Shown: piece after piece, positions 36,867-46,216 of the stretch
Position numbering within the stretch: the first letter of the stretch is position 1
How the letters are laid out: every line of letters begins with the position of its first letter
DNA from: Chloroflexota bacterium
Lineage (GTDB): Bacteria; Chloroflexota; Anaerolineae; UBA2200
Direction of reading: 5' to 3'
DNA length: 64,000 nt
Assembly: GCA_014360905.1 (NCBI GenBank)
Contig: JACIWW010000004.1
Coordinates: 71,994 to 135,993 of the forward strand
The notes under the pieces: generated by a model
What the model was told of the DNA's origin: nothing
Seen by the model: the letters and a program-made list of their open reading frames with translations, nothing else
Database searches by the model: none
Translations under genes and position numbers: made by a program

Positions 36867-38039
36867 CTATCCCCCAATCCCCAGGATGATCACGGTGCCT
36901 ACCTGCATCAGGTCACCCCAAGCCTGGGCCAGCCCAGTGATGGGTTTGCCGGGCACTTGTCGTTTGCCAGCCTCGCCCCTTAGTTGCCAGAAAATCTCAG
37001 CGACCTTCATCAAACCTGCAGCGGCGATGGGGTTGCCCACTCCCAACAGTCCACCCGAAGGGCAGACGGGCATGTTGCCAGTACGCGCGGTCACGCCTTC
37101 CGCGGTTAGGCGTGGGGCTTCACCCTTATCCGCCAGAAGCAATCCTTCCAAATGGTGCAGCTCCTTGTAGTCGAACGGATCGTAAGGCTCAACGACATGG
37201 ATCTCTTTGCGTGGTTCGCGAATGCCAGCCATCTCATAAGCCATGCGCGCGGCATACTCCACGTACTTGGGATAGTACAGGTCTCGGTTCGTCCAGTACG
37301 CAGTGTCCAATGACCATCCCACGCCTTTGATCCACACTGGTTTATCTGTGATACGCTTGGCTACGTTTTCTGCGGCAAGTACCACGGCCACAGCGCCATC
37401 CGTGACGGGGCTTACATCCAATCGTTGCACTGGCCAGGCCAACACCTCGGAGTTCAAAACATCCTCTACCGTGATATTCGGATCGCCCAGCAGCGCGCAA
37501 GGGTGATCAGCCGCATTGCGCTTGTTCTTCACCGACACCAGAGCGATATCTTTTTTCTGCAGGCCATATGTCTGCATGTAGCGGTTCATTTCCAAGGCAA
37601 AAATCCACAGCAAGTTAGGTCCCAGCGGACGCTCGGTGGTGTGGTCGAAGATGGTAAGAAACGCTCCCTGTGGATGAGGCTGGCAACTGGACATCTTTTC
37701 CTCGCAGACGACCAGGCAGACATCGAACAGGCCAGAGGCGACATGATACCAGCCCTGAATCGGAGCAAACACCCCAGTGCCACCCCCCACATACGAGCGC
37801 ATGAATGGCTTGCGCCAAGCTCCCGCTCCATCGCTCAGGTACTCGCCCTTCATGTGCACGGCGTCAAAAGCATCTGGAGCGGTGCCAAGCGCCACGGCAT
37901 CCACATCATCCAGGGTGAGCTCACAAGAATCCAGCGCCATTTTCGCAGCCTCGTAGGCTAATTCCCTGCCGGTTTCCTGGGCGCGTCGGACGAACTTGGT
38001 CATTCCTGCACCAACTACGGCTACCTTTCTCAGACCCAT
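36867..38039 (-). CDS. SCP-x type thiolase-fold protein lacking the nucleophilic Cys (Ltp3-like)
   Basis: VAVVGAGMT, VKNKRNA, SPVTDGAVA, EPYDPF, PSGGLLGVGNP, QLRGEAGKRQV; nucleophile loop reads YVGGGTG. Confidence 0.88.
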   Translation of the reverse strand: MGLRKVAVVGAGMTKFVRRAQETGRELAYEAAKMALDSCELTLDDVDAVALGTAPDAFDAVHMKGEYLSDGAGAWRKPFMRSYVGGGTGVFAPIQGWYHVASGLFDVCLVVCEEKMSSCQPHPQGAFLTIFDHTTERPLGPNLLWIFALEMNRYMQTYGLQKKDIALVSVKNKRNAADHPCALLGDPNITVEDVLNSEVLAWPVQRLDVSPVTDGAVAVVLAAENVAKRITDKPVWIKGVGWSLDTAYWTNRDLYYPKYVEYAARMAYEMAGIREPRKEIHVVEPYDPFDYKELHHLEGLLLADKGEAPRLTAEGVTARTGNMPVCPSGGLLGVGNPIAAAGLMKVAEIFWQLRGEAGKRQVPGKPITGLAQAWGDLMQVGTVIILGIGG

Positions 38040-38051
38040 TTTGACCTCCTC

Positions 38052-39203
38052 TCAATTGCACAGGATGACTGCGGCGCCGCTTGTTGTGGGCAAACCACGC
38101 CAAGCGAAAGCCAGGCCAGCCTCTACATCGGGCAGTTGATGCTGGCCCGCCTCGCCGCGCAGTTGCAGCACTACTTCTAGCAGCCGTGCCAATCCAGAAG
38201 CATCCAGCAAATGACCCATCCCCAAGCTGCCCCCAGAAGGATTCACCGGAAAATCGCCCCCAATCTCAGTAGCCCCATCCTCGGTCAGCATCCCGGCTTC
38301 CCCTGGACGACAGAGGCGTAACGCTTCCATATGCTGTAGTTCTTTGTAAGAGAATGTATCGTCAATCTCGGCAAAATCTAATTCCTGCCAAGGAGTTCGG
38401 ATGCCAGCCATCCGGTAGGCCGTCTCTCCCGCTTTTGCTGCATAGATAGCGTTCATCCAATCCCTGTTTTCCAGAGAGAACGAATCGTTGCACCACCCTA
38501 CACCTCGAATCCATATGGGTATATCGCTCAGTTCTTCCGCTCGTTCTCTTGCAGCCAGGACCATGACAATGGCTCCATCCGCACGGGGACTCATATCCAG
38601 TCGCGAAAGGGGATAGGAGACTATCTCAGATTGCAAGACATCCTCGATAGCAATGTTGGCTCCGTACGCAGCAAGGGGATTGTACAAGGCGTTGTGCTTG
38701 TTCTTCGCTACTACCAGCGCGCATTGTTCCCTGGTAGTGCCCGTCTCACACAGGTAACGGTTCATCTCCAAACCAGCAATGAAATGGGGATTGACCTGCA
38801 GGGGTCGGTTGTACACCGGGTCCATCGCAAAGGCCATGATTTCATCGGGAGTAAGGATGTTCGATGCCTTGCTATGAGCCTCCACTGCCACAATGTCCAT
38901 CGCCCCGGTGAGGATCTGTAGGTACGCGGCAATGAAACCATGCAAGCCTTCTCCGGAAATGGTATGGACTGGTTTCAGCACCGCCCCCAGTTGGTCGGGG
39001 ACATACTCATCGAAAATGCTCGTGCCTTCCGTGAAATCCTCCGCTACAGTCACAAAACTCTCGATATCGCGGCGCGGATCTACGCCAGCATCTTCATACG
39101 CTTTGACCGCTGCCTCGTACATCAGTTCCTTGTATGACACTTCTGGCGTCAAGGCACGGAAACCAGAATAGCCTACGCCAATAATAGCTACTTCTCTAGG
39201 CAT
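38052..39203 (-). CDS. SCP-x type thiolase-fold protein lacking the nucleophilic Cys
   Basis: VAIIGVG, KNKHNALYNPLA, SPRADGA, EIDDTF, VNPSGGSLGMGH, QLRGEAG; nucleophile loop reads HTISGEG. Confidence 0.88.
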   Translation of the reverse strand: MPREVAIIGVGYSGFRALTPEVSYKELMYEAAVKAYEDAGVDPRRDIESFVTVAEDFTEGTSIFDEYVPDQLGAVLKPVHTISGEGLHGFIAAYLQILTGAMDIVAVEAHSKASNILTPDEIMAFAMDPVYNRPLQVNPHFIAGLEMNRYLCETGTTREQCALVVAKNKHNALYNPLAAYGANIAIEDVLQSEIVSYPLSRLDMSPRADGAIVMVLAARERAEELSDIPIWIRGVGWCNDSFSLENRDWMNAIYAAKAGETAYRMAGIRTPWQELDFAEIDDTFSYKELQHMEALRLCRPGEAGMLTEDGATEIGGDFPVNPSGGSLGMGHLLDASGLARLLEVVLQLRGEAGQHQLPDVEAGLAFAWRGLPTTSGAAVILCN

Positions 39204-39308
39204 AGCAGACCTCCTCTCTGAGTAGTGAATGGGGCACAGAATACTGTTTCAGCTCTCGATACGCTTCACCTCCTCTCCTGGAACAAGGATTCCCGATCCC
39301 GTTCTTGA

Positions 39309-40625
39309 TCATCTACCGAATCTTGTGTTGAGCACGTCCTGTAATGTGGGCCGTCCAATCTCCTGCAGTTCGTAGCGCACGCGTTGCGTCGGGCGGTTGA
39401 TCTTGACCACGCGCCGCAGATCAATAGGCGTGGCAACGATGACCATGTCGCATGGCGTGACATTGATGGTTTCTTCCAGCTCCTGAATTTGCCTGGCTCC
39501 ATAACCCATAGCCGGCAGCACAGAGCCGGTATGAGGATATTTCTGATAAGTCTCTGCGATAGAACCAACTGCATAAGGTCGCGGATCTACGATTTCTGCC
39601 GCCCCAAAGCGCCGCGCAGCCACAACGCCCGCGCCATAGGACATCTCGCCATGAGTCAGAGTAGGACCATCCTCCACAACCAGGACTCGGCGTCCTCTGA
39701 TTGCCTGTGGGTCATCAACAAATATGGGGGATGCCGCATCCACCACGACAGCACGGGGGTTCACGGCCAAGATGTTGTGTCGGACTGTCTCCATCTTATC
39801 TGGCTCTGATGTATCGATCTTGTTGATGACGACCACATCTGCCATGCGCAAATTGGCTTCGCCAGGGTGGTACCGCAGCTCGTGTCCAGCTCGATGGGGA
39901 TCCGTAACAACGATATGCAGATCAGGCTTGTAAAATGGCAAATCGTTGTTGCCGCCATCCCACAATAGGATTTCGGCCTCTTGTTCCGCTTGACGCAGAA
40001 TTCGTTCGTAATCCACACCTGCATAGACAATAGTGCCTCTATCCAAGTGAGGCTCGTATTCCTCGCGTTCTTCGATGGTGCATTCATACTTGTCCAGGTC
40101 TTCATAACTGGCAAACCGCTGATAAACCTGTTTAACCAGATTGCCATAGGGCATGGGATGTCGCACGACAACTACCTTTTTCCCCATCTGACGCAGGATA
40201 TCCGAAACACGGCGCGTCGTCTGGCTCTTTCCACTGCCGGTACGAACAGCGCAGACGGAAACTACCGGCACTTTGGCTTTCAACATAGTCTCTTTGCTCA
40301 TCAAACGGAAATCTGCACCTACAGCCAAGACCTGTGACGCTTTGTGCATCACGTATTCATGGGGCACATCGCTGTAAGCAAAAACTACCTGGTCTATATC
40401 CCGCTCGCGGATGAGCGTTTCGAGCTCGCTTTCAGGATAAATGGGAATGCCAGCGGGATAGAGTTTACCAGCCAGCTCTGGGGGGTATGTGCGTCCCTCA
40501 ATATTGGGTATCTGCGTGGCAGTGAAAGCAACCACCTCAAAAAGGGGGTTATCACGGAAACAAACGTTAAAGTTATGAAAATCGCGCCCTGCAGCGCCCA
40601 TGATCAACACGCGTGTCTTCTTCAT
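39309..40625 (-). CDS. P-loop ATPase of the cyclic-2,3-diphosphoglycerate-synthetase-like family; probable arginine synthetase (ArcE) homologue
   Basis: GAAGRDFHNFN, AFTATQIP, RTGSGKSQT, RHPMPYG, TIEEREEYE, WDGGNND, EDGPTLTHG, LPAMGY. Confidence 0.75.
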   Translation of the reverse strand: MKKTRVLIMGAAGRDFHNFNVCFRDNPLFEVVAFTATQIPNIEGRTYPPELAGKLYPAGIPIYPESELETLIRERDIDQVVFAYSDVPHEYVMHKASQVLAVGADFRLMSKETMLKAKVPVVSVCAVRTGSGKSQTTRRVSDILRQMGKKVVVVRHPMPYGNLVKQVYQRFASYEDLDKYECTIEEREEYEPHLDRGTIVYAGVDYERILRQAEQEAEILLWDGGNNDLPFYKPDLHIVVTDPHRAGHELRYHPGEANLRMADVVVINKIDTSEPDKMETVRHNILAVNPRAVVVDAASPIFVDDPQAIRGRRVLVVEDGPTLTHGEMSYGAGVVAARRFGAAEIVDPRPYAVGSIAETYQKYPHTGSVLPAMGYGARQIQELEETINVTPCDMVIVATPIDLRRVVKINRPTQRVRYELQEIGRPTLQDVLNTRFGR

Positions 40626-40668
40626 CGAAGCATCTCCTCTTAATCAAGCAGCCCCAAAAGCCTTACTG

Positions 40669-41589
40669 CTAGGAAGCCCCGCATTCCGCAGCAAGCAAGG
40701 CACCAGCCGCAATGCATACCAACCGCGTCTCAGGCGGGTCAGCTCGTGAACCAACCACCAGTGGTGCTTTGCCCCCGACCACCAGGCCAGCCATGCGGCC
40801 TCCAGCAAAGTAGGTAATCCCTTTGGCCATGATGTTAACCGATTCCACATCCGGCCCCACCAGCACCTCAGCATAGCCCGCTACCGGCCCGCCGCGGCCA
40901 CGCTGTCGCGCAATCTCTGGCGACACGGCCGTATCTAAGAGAAAAGGCCCATCAACAAGCGCACCCTCGGCCAGCCACCGGTCTTGCATGGCCACAATCT
41001 CTGCAATTTCAACCGTCACAGGCAATTCTGCAAAAACCTCATCAGTTGCTGCCAGAAGGGCCACTTTAGGCTGTTGAATGCCAAATCCACGCGCCACGGC
41101 GATGCTATTGCTGATAATCTCGATCTTTTGCTCTTTGGTAGGATAAAGCACGACACCGCCATCCGCGATGAAGAGCAAGCGGTCGAAGCCAGGCACTTCA
41201 AAAACGCCTACGTGAGAGATAAGGCGGTTCGTTCGCAGCCCAGCCTCACGCGCCAATGCCGCGCGGAGAAAGGTGCTGGTTGGCAATTGCCCTTTAATCG
41301 CTACTTTGGCATCGCCCGTGGCTACAAGGCGCATGCTTTTCTCAGCTGCTACTGCCTCATCCAGCTCATCCACGATGTGCATCGTGGCGAGATCTAAGCC
41401 ACGTTCACGTGCTATCTCGTGGATGCTCTGAGCACACCCAACCAATGTAGCGTCAATAATGCCGCGTACTTGAGCCTCACAAGCAGCTTGTAAAACTTCA
41501 TATTCATGTGCTGCAGTGATCACCACCGGGACTGGCCCCACGGCAGCGGCTGCTGCGAGCAATTCCTGGTAATTTTTGATGGGGGGCAT
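40669..41589 (-). CDS. Phosphate acyltransferase (phosphate butyryltransferase-like)
   Basis: KGQLPTSTFL, GLRT..ISH, PKVALLAA, VDGP..D.A, PVAG.A, G..AP.V..SRAD. Confidence 0.85.
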   Translation of the reverse strand: MPPIKNYQELLAAAAAVGPVPVVITAAHEYEVLQAACEAQVRGIIDATLVGCAQSIHEIARERGLDLATMHIVDELDEAVAAEKSMRLVATGDAKVAIKGQLPTSTFLRAALAREAGLRTNRLISHVGVFEVPGFDRLLFIADGGVVLYPTKEQKIEIISNSIAVARGFGIQQPKVALLAATDEVFAELPVTVEIAEIVAMQDRWLAEGALVDGPFLLDTAVSPEIARQRGRGGPVAGYAEVLVGPDVESVNIMAKGITYFAGGRMAGLVVGGKAPLVVGSRADPPETRLVCIAAGALLAAECGAS

Positions 41590-41643
41590 TCCAAAGGCTC
41601 CTTTGACCTTGGATAGAATGTAATCAGATTGTAAAGGCGTTGC

Positions 41644-42354
41644 TCACGAACGTCCCCGATAGGCCAATTTGGCCAATAGAATACCCACTTCATACATCAG
41701 CAACAAGGGCAGCATCACTAACCCCATATTAAAGGGATCAGGAGTAGGTGTGATGACTGCTGCGAGCACTGCAATAATCAGAATAGCGAATTTACGATTC
41801 TGTGACAGGAATTGGGGCGAGATGATGCGTAAGCGAGCCAAAAAGTAAAGGATCAACGGTGTCTCAAAGATAACCCCAGACCAAAAGAGAAGCGTTGTCA
41901 CAAAGGAAATATATTCGCCGATGGTCCACTTGGCCTCCACCAGATCACCGCCGAAGGAGACCAAATAACGCAAAGCAAAGGGTAACAATACGAAATAGGT
42001 GAACAGCACTCCCAGGATGAAAGACAGTGTGGCTGCTGGAACGATAATACGCACGTACAGTCGCTCGCTGTTCCGGAGCCCTGGCCATACAAATTGGATC
42101 GTTTGATATACGATAACCGGCATCGCCAAAATGCTGCCAGCCAAAAGCGCCACTCTGAAATAGGTGACAAACATTTCCGTGGGCCGTAAAAAAACTGGCT
42201 TGATTCCTGCTGGAGCGATGAGGATGCGCATGATCTGAGTAGTGAAAGCAAAAGACAGGGCAGTCGTGATCGCTACCGCGATCAGGCATTTCATCAGCCG
42301 CTGACGCAGCTCCTCAAGGTGTTCGATGATGGTCATCTGCACTTCATTTGCCAT
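41644..42354 (-). CDS. tatC: Twin-arginine translocase subunit TatC
   Basis: EHLEELRQRL, FVWPGL, FETP, AAVITPTPDP, LLMYE. Confidence 0.96.
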   Translation of the reverse strand: MANEVQMTIIEHLEELRQRLMKCLIAVAITTALSFAFTTQIMRILIAPAGIKPVFLRPTEMFVTYFRVALLAGSILAMPVIVYQTIQFVWPGLRNSERLYVRIIVPAATLSFILGVLFTYFVLLPFALRYLVSFGGDLVEAKWTIGEYISFVTTLLFWSGVIFETPLILYFLARLRIISPQFLSQNRKFAILIIAVLAAVITPTPDPFNMGLVMLPLLLMYEVGILLAKLAYRGRS

Positions 42355-42432
42355 AGACGCTAACCCTTAGCTCATCCTCCTCGGCTAAGCTGTTTCTAGT
42401 AAGTACCTCACCTCTGGCTCACAGCGTTACGC

Positions 42433-42852
42433 CTACTCTGTAGACACTGCGCCTCGATTCGACACCAGTGTGCCTAGCACACCATTGACAAAACGTCGCG
42501 AACTATCGCTCCCAAAGAGCTTGGCGAGTTCCACTGCTTCATTAATCGCCACTTTAACTGGCGTTTGCCCATCCACCGTTATTTCGTAAACGGCAATGCG
42601 CAATATGTTCCGGTCCACAATAGCCATCTGCTCCAGAGGCCAATCGGTTGCAATGTTCTGGATGATCTCATCCAGTTCCTGAAGGTGCTCTAATACCCCC
42701 AACACCAATTGTCTGGCAAAAGTCCTCCCCTCAGCAGGCAGGGGCTTCTCTTCGAGACGCTGTGCCAGAACTTGTTCTGCGGGATGGTTTACACTATCTA
42801 CTTCGAACAAGGTTTGCAGGGCCACGATGCGGGCCTGACGTCTGGTCTTCAT
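42433..42852 (-). CDS. nusB: Transcription antitermination factor NusB
   Basis: RRQAR..ALQ.LF, DRNILR, VAINEAVELAK, FVNGVL. Confidence 0.97.
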   Translation of the reverse strand: MKTRRQARIVALQTLFEVDSVNHPAEQVLAQRLEEKPLPAEGRTFARQLVLGVLEHLQELDEIIQNIATDWPLEQMAIVDRNILRIAVYEITVDGQTPVKVAINEAVELAKLFGSDSSRRFVNGVLGTLVSNRGAVSTE

Positions 42853-42861
42853 TTTCGAACC

Positions 42862-43197
42862 CTAGGCTTCGCGAGCCTCCACATCCACGATGTGCACATT
42901 CACTTCACTAACAGCCATGCCCACGATTTCACGGATCGCACGACTCACTTTGGACTGTATTTCTCGACTTAATTGCAGCATATTGACATCGGTAGCAGCT
43001 ACAATGTAAATATCCAGAATCACTGCGTCATCAATGACCTGCACCTTGACACCCCCGCCTTGGCGTGCACTCCAAAGCCGATGCACTCCCAGCGGGCTCA
43101 TTTGCACCACGCCTGGTACTGAGAGCGTGGTCTGTCGGGCAATCGTTGCCAAGACTGTCGGAGAGATCACTACTGTGCCCAATTTCCGTTCCACCAC
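42862..43197 (-). CDS. Asp23/Gls24 family protein
   Basis: GTVVISPTVL, VPGV, GVKV, EVNVHI; GTG start after AAAGGAG; usual position before nusB. Confidence 0.88.
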   Translation of the reverse strand: MVERKLGTVVISPTVLATIARQTTLSVPGVVQMSPLGVHRLWSARQGGGVKVQVIDDAVILDIYIVAATDVNMLQLSREIQSKVSRAIREIVGMAVSEVNVHIVDVEAREA

Positions 43198-43225
43198 TGT
43201 GCCTTCTCCTTTGCAATCACTGCCG

Positions 43226-43975
43226 TCATTGCATTGCCAAGCCGCCATCCACAGACAACACTTGTCCTGTGATATAACTGGCCTCGTCCGAAACCAGAAA
43301 AGCCACGGCATTGGCAATGTCCTCTGGAGATCCGGGACGCCCAAGGGGCGTCATTTCTATACCTTTTGCGACTAGCTCTGGGGGCAAGATAGCGGTCAGA
43401 TCCGTAGGGATGTAGCCTGGGGCTACTGCATTGACCGTGATGTTGCGCACCCCCACTTCCTTGGCCAATGCCTTGGTAAAACCAACCAGACCTGCCTTGG
43501 CGGCGGCATAGTTTGCCTGACCCGGATTGCCAGCCAACCCGGCGATCGAAGTGATGTTGACGATACGGCCGTAACGTTGTTTGAGCATCGGACGCTGGGC
43601 TGCTTTGGTGCAATTGAAAGCCCCTTTCAGATTGGTGTTGATTACTACGTCCCAATCCTCTTCAGACATACGCACCAACAGGGTATCACGGGTAGTACCC
43701 GCATTATTGACCAAGATATCTAATCGACCAAAGTGATCCAATGCACTCTGAATCAGCCTTTGTGCGTCGTCGTAGATGCTGACATCAGCCTGCACAGCGA
43801 TCGCCTCCCCCCCTATGGCGCGGATGTGCTGCACCACTTCCTCTGCCGCAGCCTGATTGCTGCGGTAGTTAACCACCACTTTTGCTCCCAAGCTGGCCAG
43901 TTTAATGGCAATGGCTCGACCAATACCACGGGATGCTCCAGTTACGACTGCTACCCTGCCGTCTAATTCCCTCAT
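43226..43975 (-). CDS. fabG: 3-oxoacyl-ACP reductase
   Basis: TGASRGIG, NNAG.TRD, GNPGQANYAAAK; follows fabD with a 4-bp overlap. Confidence 0.93.
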   Translation of the reverse strand: MRELDGRVAVVTGASRGIGRAIAIKLASLGAKVVVNYRSNQAAAEEVVQHIRAIGGEAIAVQADVSIYDDAQRLIQSALDHFGRLDILVNNAGTTRDTLLVRMSEEDWDVVINTNLKGAFNCTKAAQRPMLKQRYGRIVNITSIAGLAGNPGQANYAAAKAGLVGFTKALAKEVGVRNITVNAVAPGYIPTDLTAILPPELVAKGIEMTPLGRPGSPEDIANAVAFLVSDEASYITGQVLSVDGGLAMQ

Positions 43976-44958
43976 GTTTCCACCAACATTTCGATTTCTT
44001 GCACAGTGCCCGCGTTGAGGATGCACACGCTACGGTCAATACGCTTGATCAGCCCGCTCAATACATCCTTTGGCCCAATCTCGACGAAAGTTTGCACTCC
44101 GTGAGCAATCATATAGCGCACAGATTCCACCCAGCGCACAGGCGAAGTGAGATGCTGCACCAGTTCACGACGGATATCCGCTGGCTCCACAATAGCGGAG
44201 GCAGAGACATTGCTCACAATGGGCACTTGAGCTTTGTTCAGGGTCAACCCATTCACGATAATAGCAAAGGATTCTGCTGCAGGCTCCATCAATGGGGAAT
44301 GAGAAGCAATATTTACCGCTAACGGAACAACCCTTTTCGCCCCTCTTCCCATAGCCAATTGCAGTGCCTTTTCTAGCGCAGGTTTACTGCCCGACAGCAC
44401 AATTTGCCCCGGTGCATTATCGTTGGACACCCATACGTTGCCTACTTCCTCGCAAATAGCACGCAATGGTCCAACTTCAAGACCCAACACCGCGGCCATA
44501 GCTCCTGGCTTTTTGTCTCCAACTTCTTTCATCAAACGCCCTCGCTCGCGAACTAGCCGCAGGGCTGAGGCGAAATCAAGCACCCCGGCTGCAAACAAAG
44601 CCGTGTATTCACCCGTACTGTGCCCAGCCACAAAGGCTGGGGTTCTGCCTTGGAACCAGCCCTCAGAGGTCGGGCGTTTTGCCTCTACCTGCTCTTGCAA
44701 AACAGCCCATAATGCTGCGCTGACGGTGAGCATGGCTGGTTGAACATTGACCGCATCCATCAGTTCGTCATCTGGCCCCTCGAAACACAATCTAGAAAGG
44801 GGGAAATGAAGGATGGCATCCGCTTCTTCAAAAAAGCACTTTGCTGTCGGGTAGCGGTCATACACATCGCGGCCCATGCCTACATATTGAGAGCCGCTGC
44901 CAGGAAAGACAAAAGCCAATTTGTTCTGTGTTGCTATGGACACTGCCTCGCTGTTCAT
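43972..44958 (-). CDS. fabD: Malonyl-CoA:ACP transacylase
   Basis: FVFPG.GSQ, QPA, AGHSTGEY, ASHSPLM, SPVRW, EIGP. Confidence 0.95.
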   Translation of the reverse strand: MNSEAVSIATQNKLAFVFPGSGSQYVGMGRDVYDRYPTAKCFFEEADAILHFPLSRLCFEGPDDELMDAVNVQPAMLTVSAALWAVLQEQVEAKRPTSEGWFQGRTPAFVAGHSTGEYTALFAAGVLDFASALRLVRERGRLMKEVGDKKPGAMAAVLGLEVGPLRAICEEVGNVWVSNDNAPGQIVLSGSKPALEKALQLAMGRGAKRVVPLAVNIASHSPLMEPAAESFAIIVNGLTLNKAQVPIVSNVSASAIVEPADIRRELVQHLTSPVRWVESVRYMIAHGVQTFVEIGPKDVLSGLIKRIDRSVCILNAGTVQEIEMLVET

Positions 44959-45917
44959 TGAGAGCTACAGCTATCGGTGACATGGCGCGGCAAATGCAGC
45001 AAGAGATCCTCAGCCTCTGAGATGATGCGTTCGATTAATTCAGCAACGCTAGGAATATCATGAACCAGGCCACAACTTTGCCCAGCCATAAAAGACCCTT
45101 CTACTACATTCCCTTCCACAGCCGCCAGACGCAGCTTGCCTGTTCCAAACTCGATGAGCGCCTCTTCACTAAGCTCCTGCTTCTCCATCTCCTCGAATTT
45201 GCGTGTCATGGGGTTACGCAGAGCACGCACGGGATGGCCCAGGCTATGCCCCGTGGTGATCGTGGCTCTGTCGCCAGCTTTGACAATCATGTCCTTGTAG
45301 TTCGGGTGCACTGTGCATTCTTTCGTACAGATAAAGCGCGTGCCCATTTGTATACCGACTGCTCCCAACGCAAGCGCTGCTACTAAACCGCGCCCATCAG
45401 CAAATCCCCCTGCCGCTATAACAGGAATCTGCACTGCATCTACAACCTGGGGTACCAGGGGCAATGTCCCCACATCTCCGATATGCCCCCCCGATTCGCT
45501 GCCCTCTGCTATCACCGCATCTGCACCAACTCGTTCGAGTCGTTTGGCAAGCGCTACGGATGCTACCACCGGTATCACCAGGATGCCCGCTTGTTTCAAT
45601 ATGGGAATGTAAGCGCTGGGGTTCCCTGCTCCCGTGGTGACCACTGGCACCTTTTCGCGCACGCAGATCTGGAAAACATCCTGAGCAAAGGGGGAAAACA
45701 TGGGTACGTTGACCCCGAAGGGCTTACTGGTGCACCTCTTGATCTCACGTATCTGCGCCTCAACCAAATCAGGCGGGGCATTCCCTGCCCCCAGGATGCC
45801 TAAAGCTCCTGCTTCAGAGACCGCAACTACCAGAGGAGGGGTTGAAACCCAAGCCATCCCCCCTTGCAGAATTGGATGTTCAATGTCTAGTAAGTCACAA
45901 AGAGGCGTTCTAATCAT
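44955..45917 (-). CDS. fabK: Enoyl-ACP reductase FabK
   Basis: PILQGGMAW, KPFGVN, TTGAGNP, EGSESGGHIG, AAGG, QMGTRF, MAGQ. Confidence 0.92.
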   Translation of the reverse strand: MIRTPLCDLLDIEHPILQGGMAWVSTPPLVVAVSEAGALGILGAGNAPPDLVEAQIREIKRCTSKPFGVNVPMFSPFAQDVFQICVREKVPVVTTGAGNPSAYIPILKQAGILVIPVVASVALAKRLERVGADAVIAEGSESGGHIGDVGTLPLVPQVVDAVQIPVIAAGGFADGRGLVAALALGAVGIQMGTRFICTKECTVHPNYKDMIVKAGDRATITTGHSLGHPVRALRNPMTRKFEEMEKQELSEEALIEFGTGKLRLAAVEGNVVEGSFMAGQSCGLVHDIPSVAELIERIISEAEDLLLHLPRHVTDSCSSQ

Positions 45918-45989
45918 GTAATTCCCTTCTTGCCTTGATGCCGTCTGCCTCGAGCTAACAGAAAGGCTCGTTAGGCAAGGTTTCGATGC

Positions 45990-46190
45990 CTAAGATTCTT
46001 TTTTAGTCTTGGTCTTGATCTCGATGACCTCGGTGCCCTTGTAACTGCCACAAGATGGGCACACGTGGTGCGGACGACGCAATTCATGGCATTGCGGGCA
46101 GGGCACCAATTTAGTCGTTTTCAACGCCAGATGGCTGCGCCTGCGATCACGTCGTCCTTTCGATATTTTCCTTTTCGGTAATGCTCCCAC
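45990..46190 (-). CDS. rpmF: 50S ribosomal protein L32 (zinc-ribbon form)
   Basis: ALPKRKISK.RR.RRRSH, CPQC..HHVCPSCGSY. Confidence 0.97.
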   Translation of the reverse strand: MGALPKRKISKGRRDRRRSHLALKTTKLVPCPQCHELRRPHHVCPSCGSYKGTEVIEIKTKTKKES

Positions 46191-46216
46191 GACGTAAATA
46201 CTCCTTTCCAGATAGG

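Noticed and set aside
42355-42432. Hidden acpP or tatA between nusB and tatC
   Set aside because: Only 78 bp; RBS-like sequences are present but there is no ORF of useful length.
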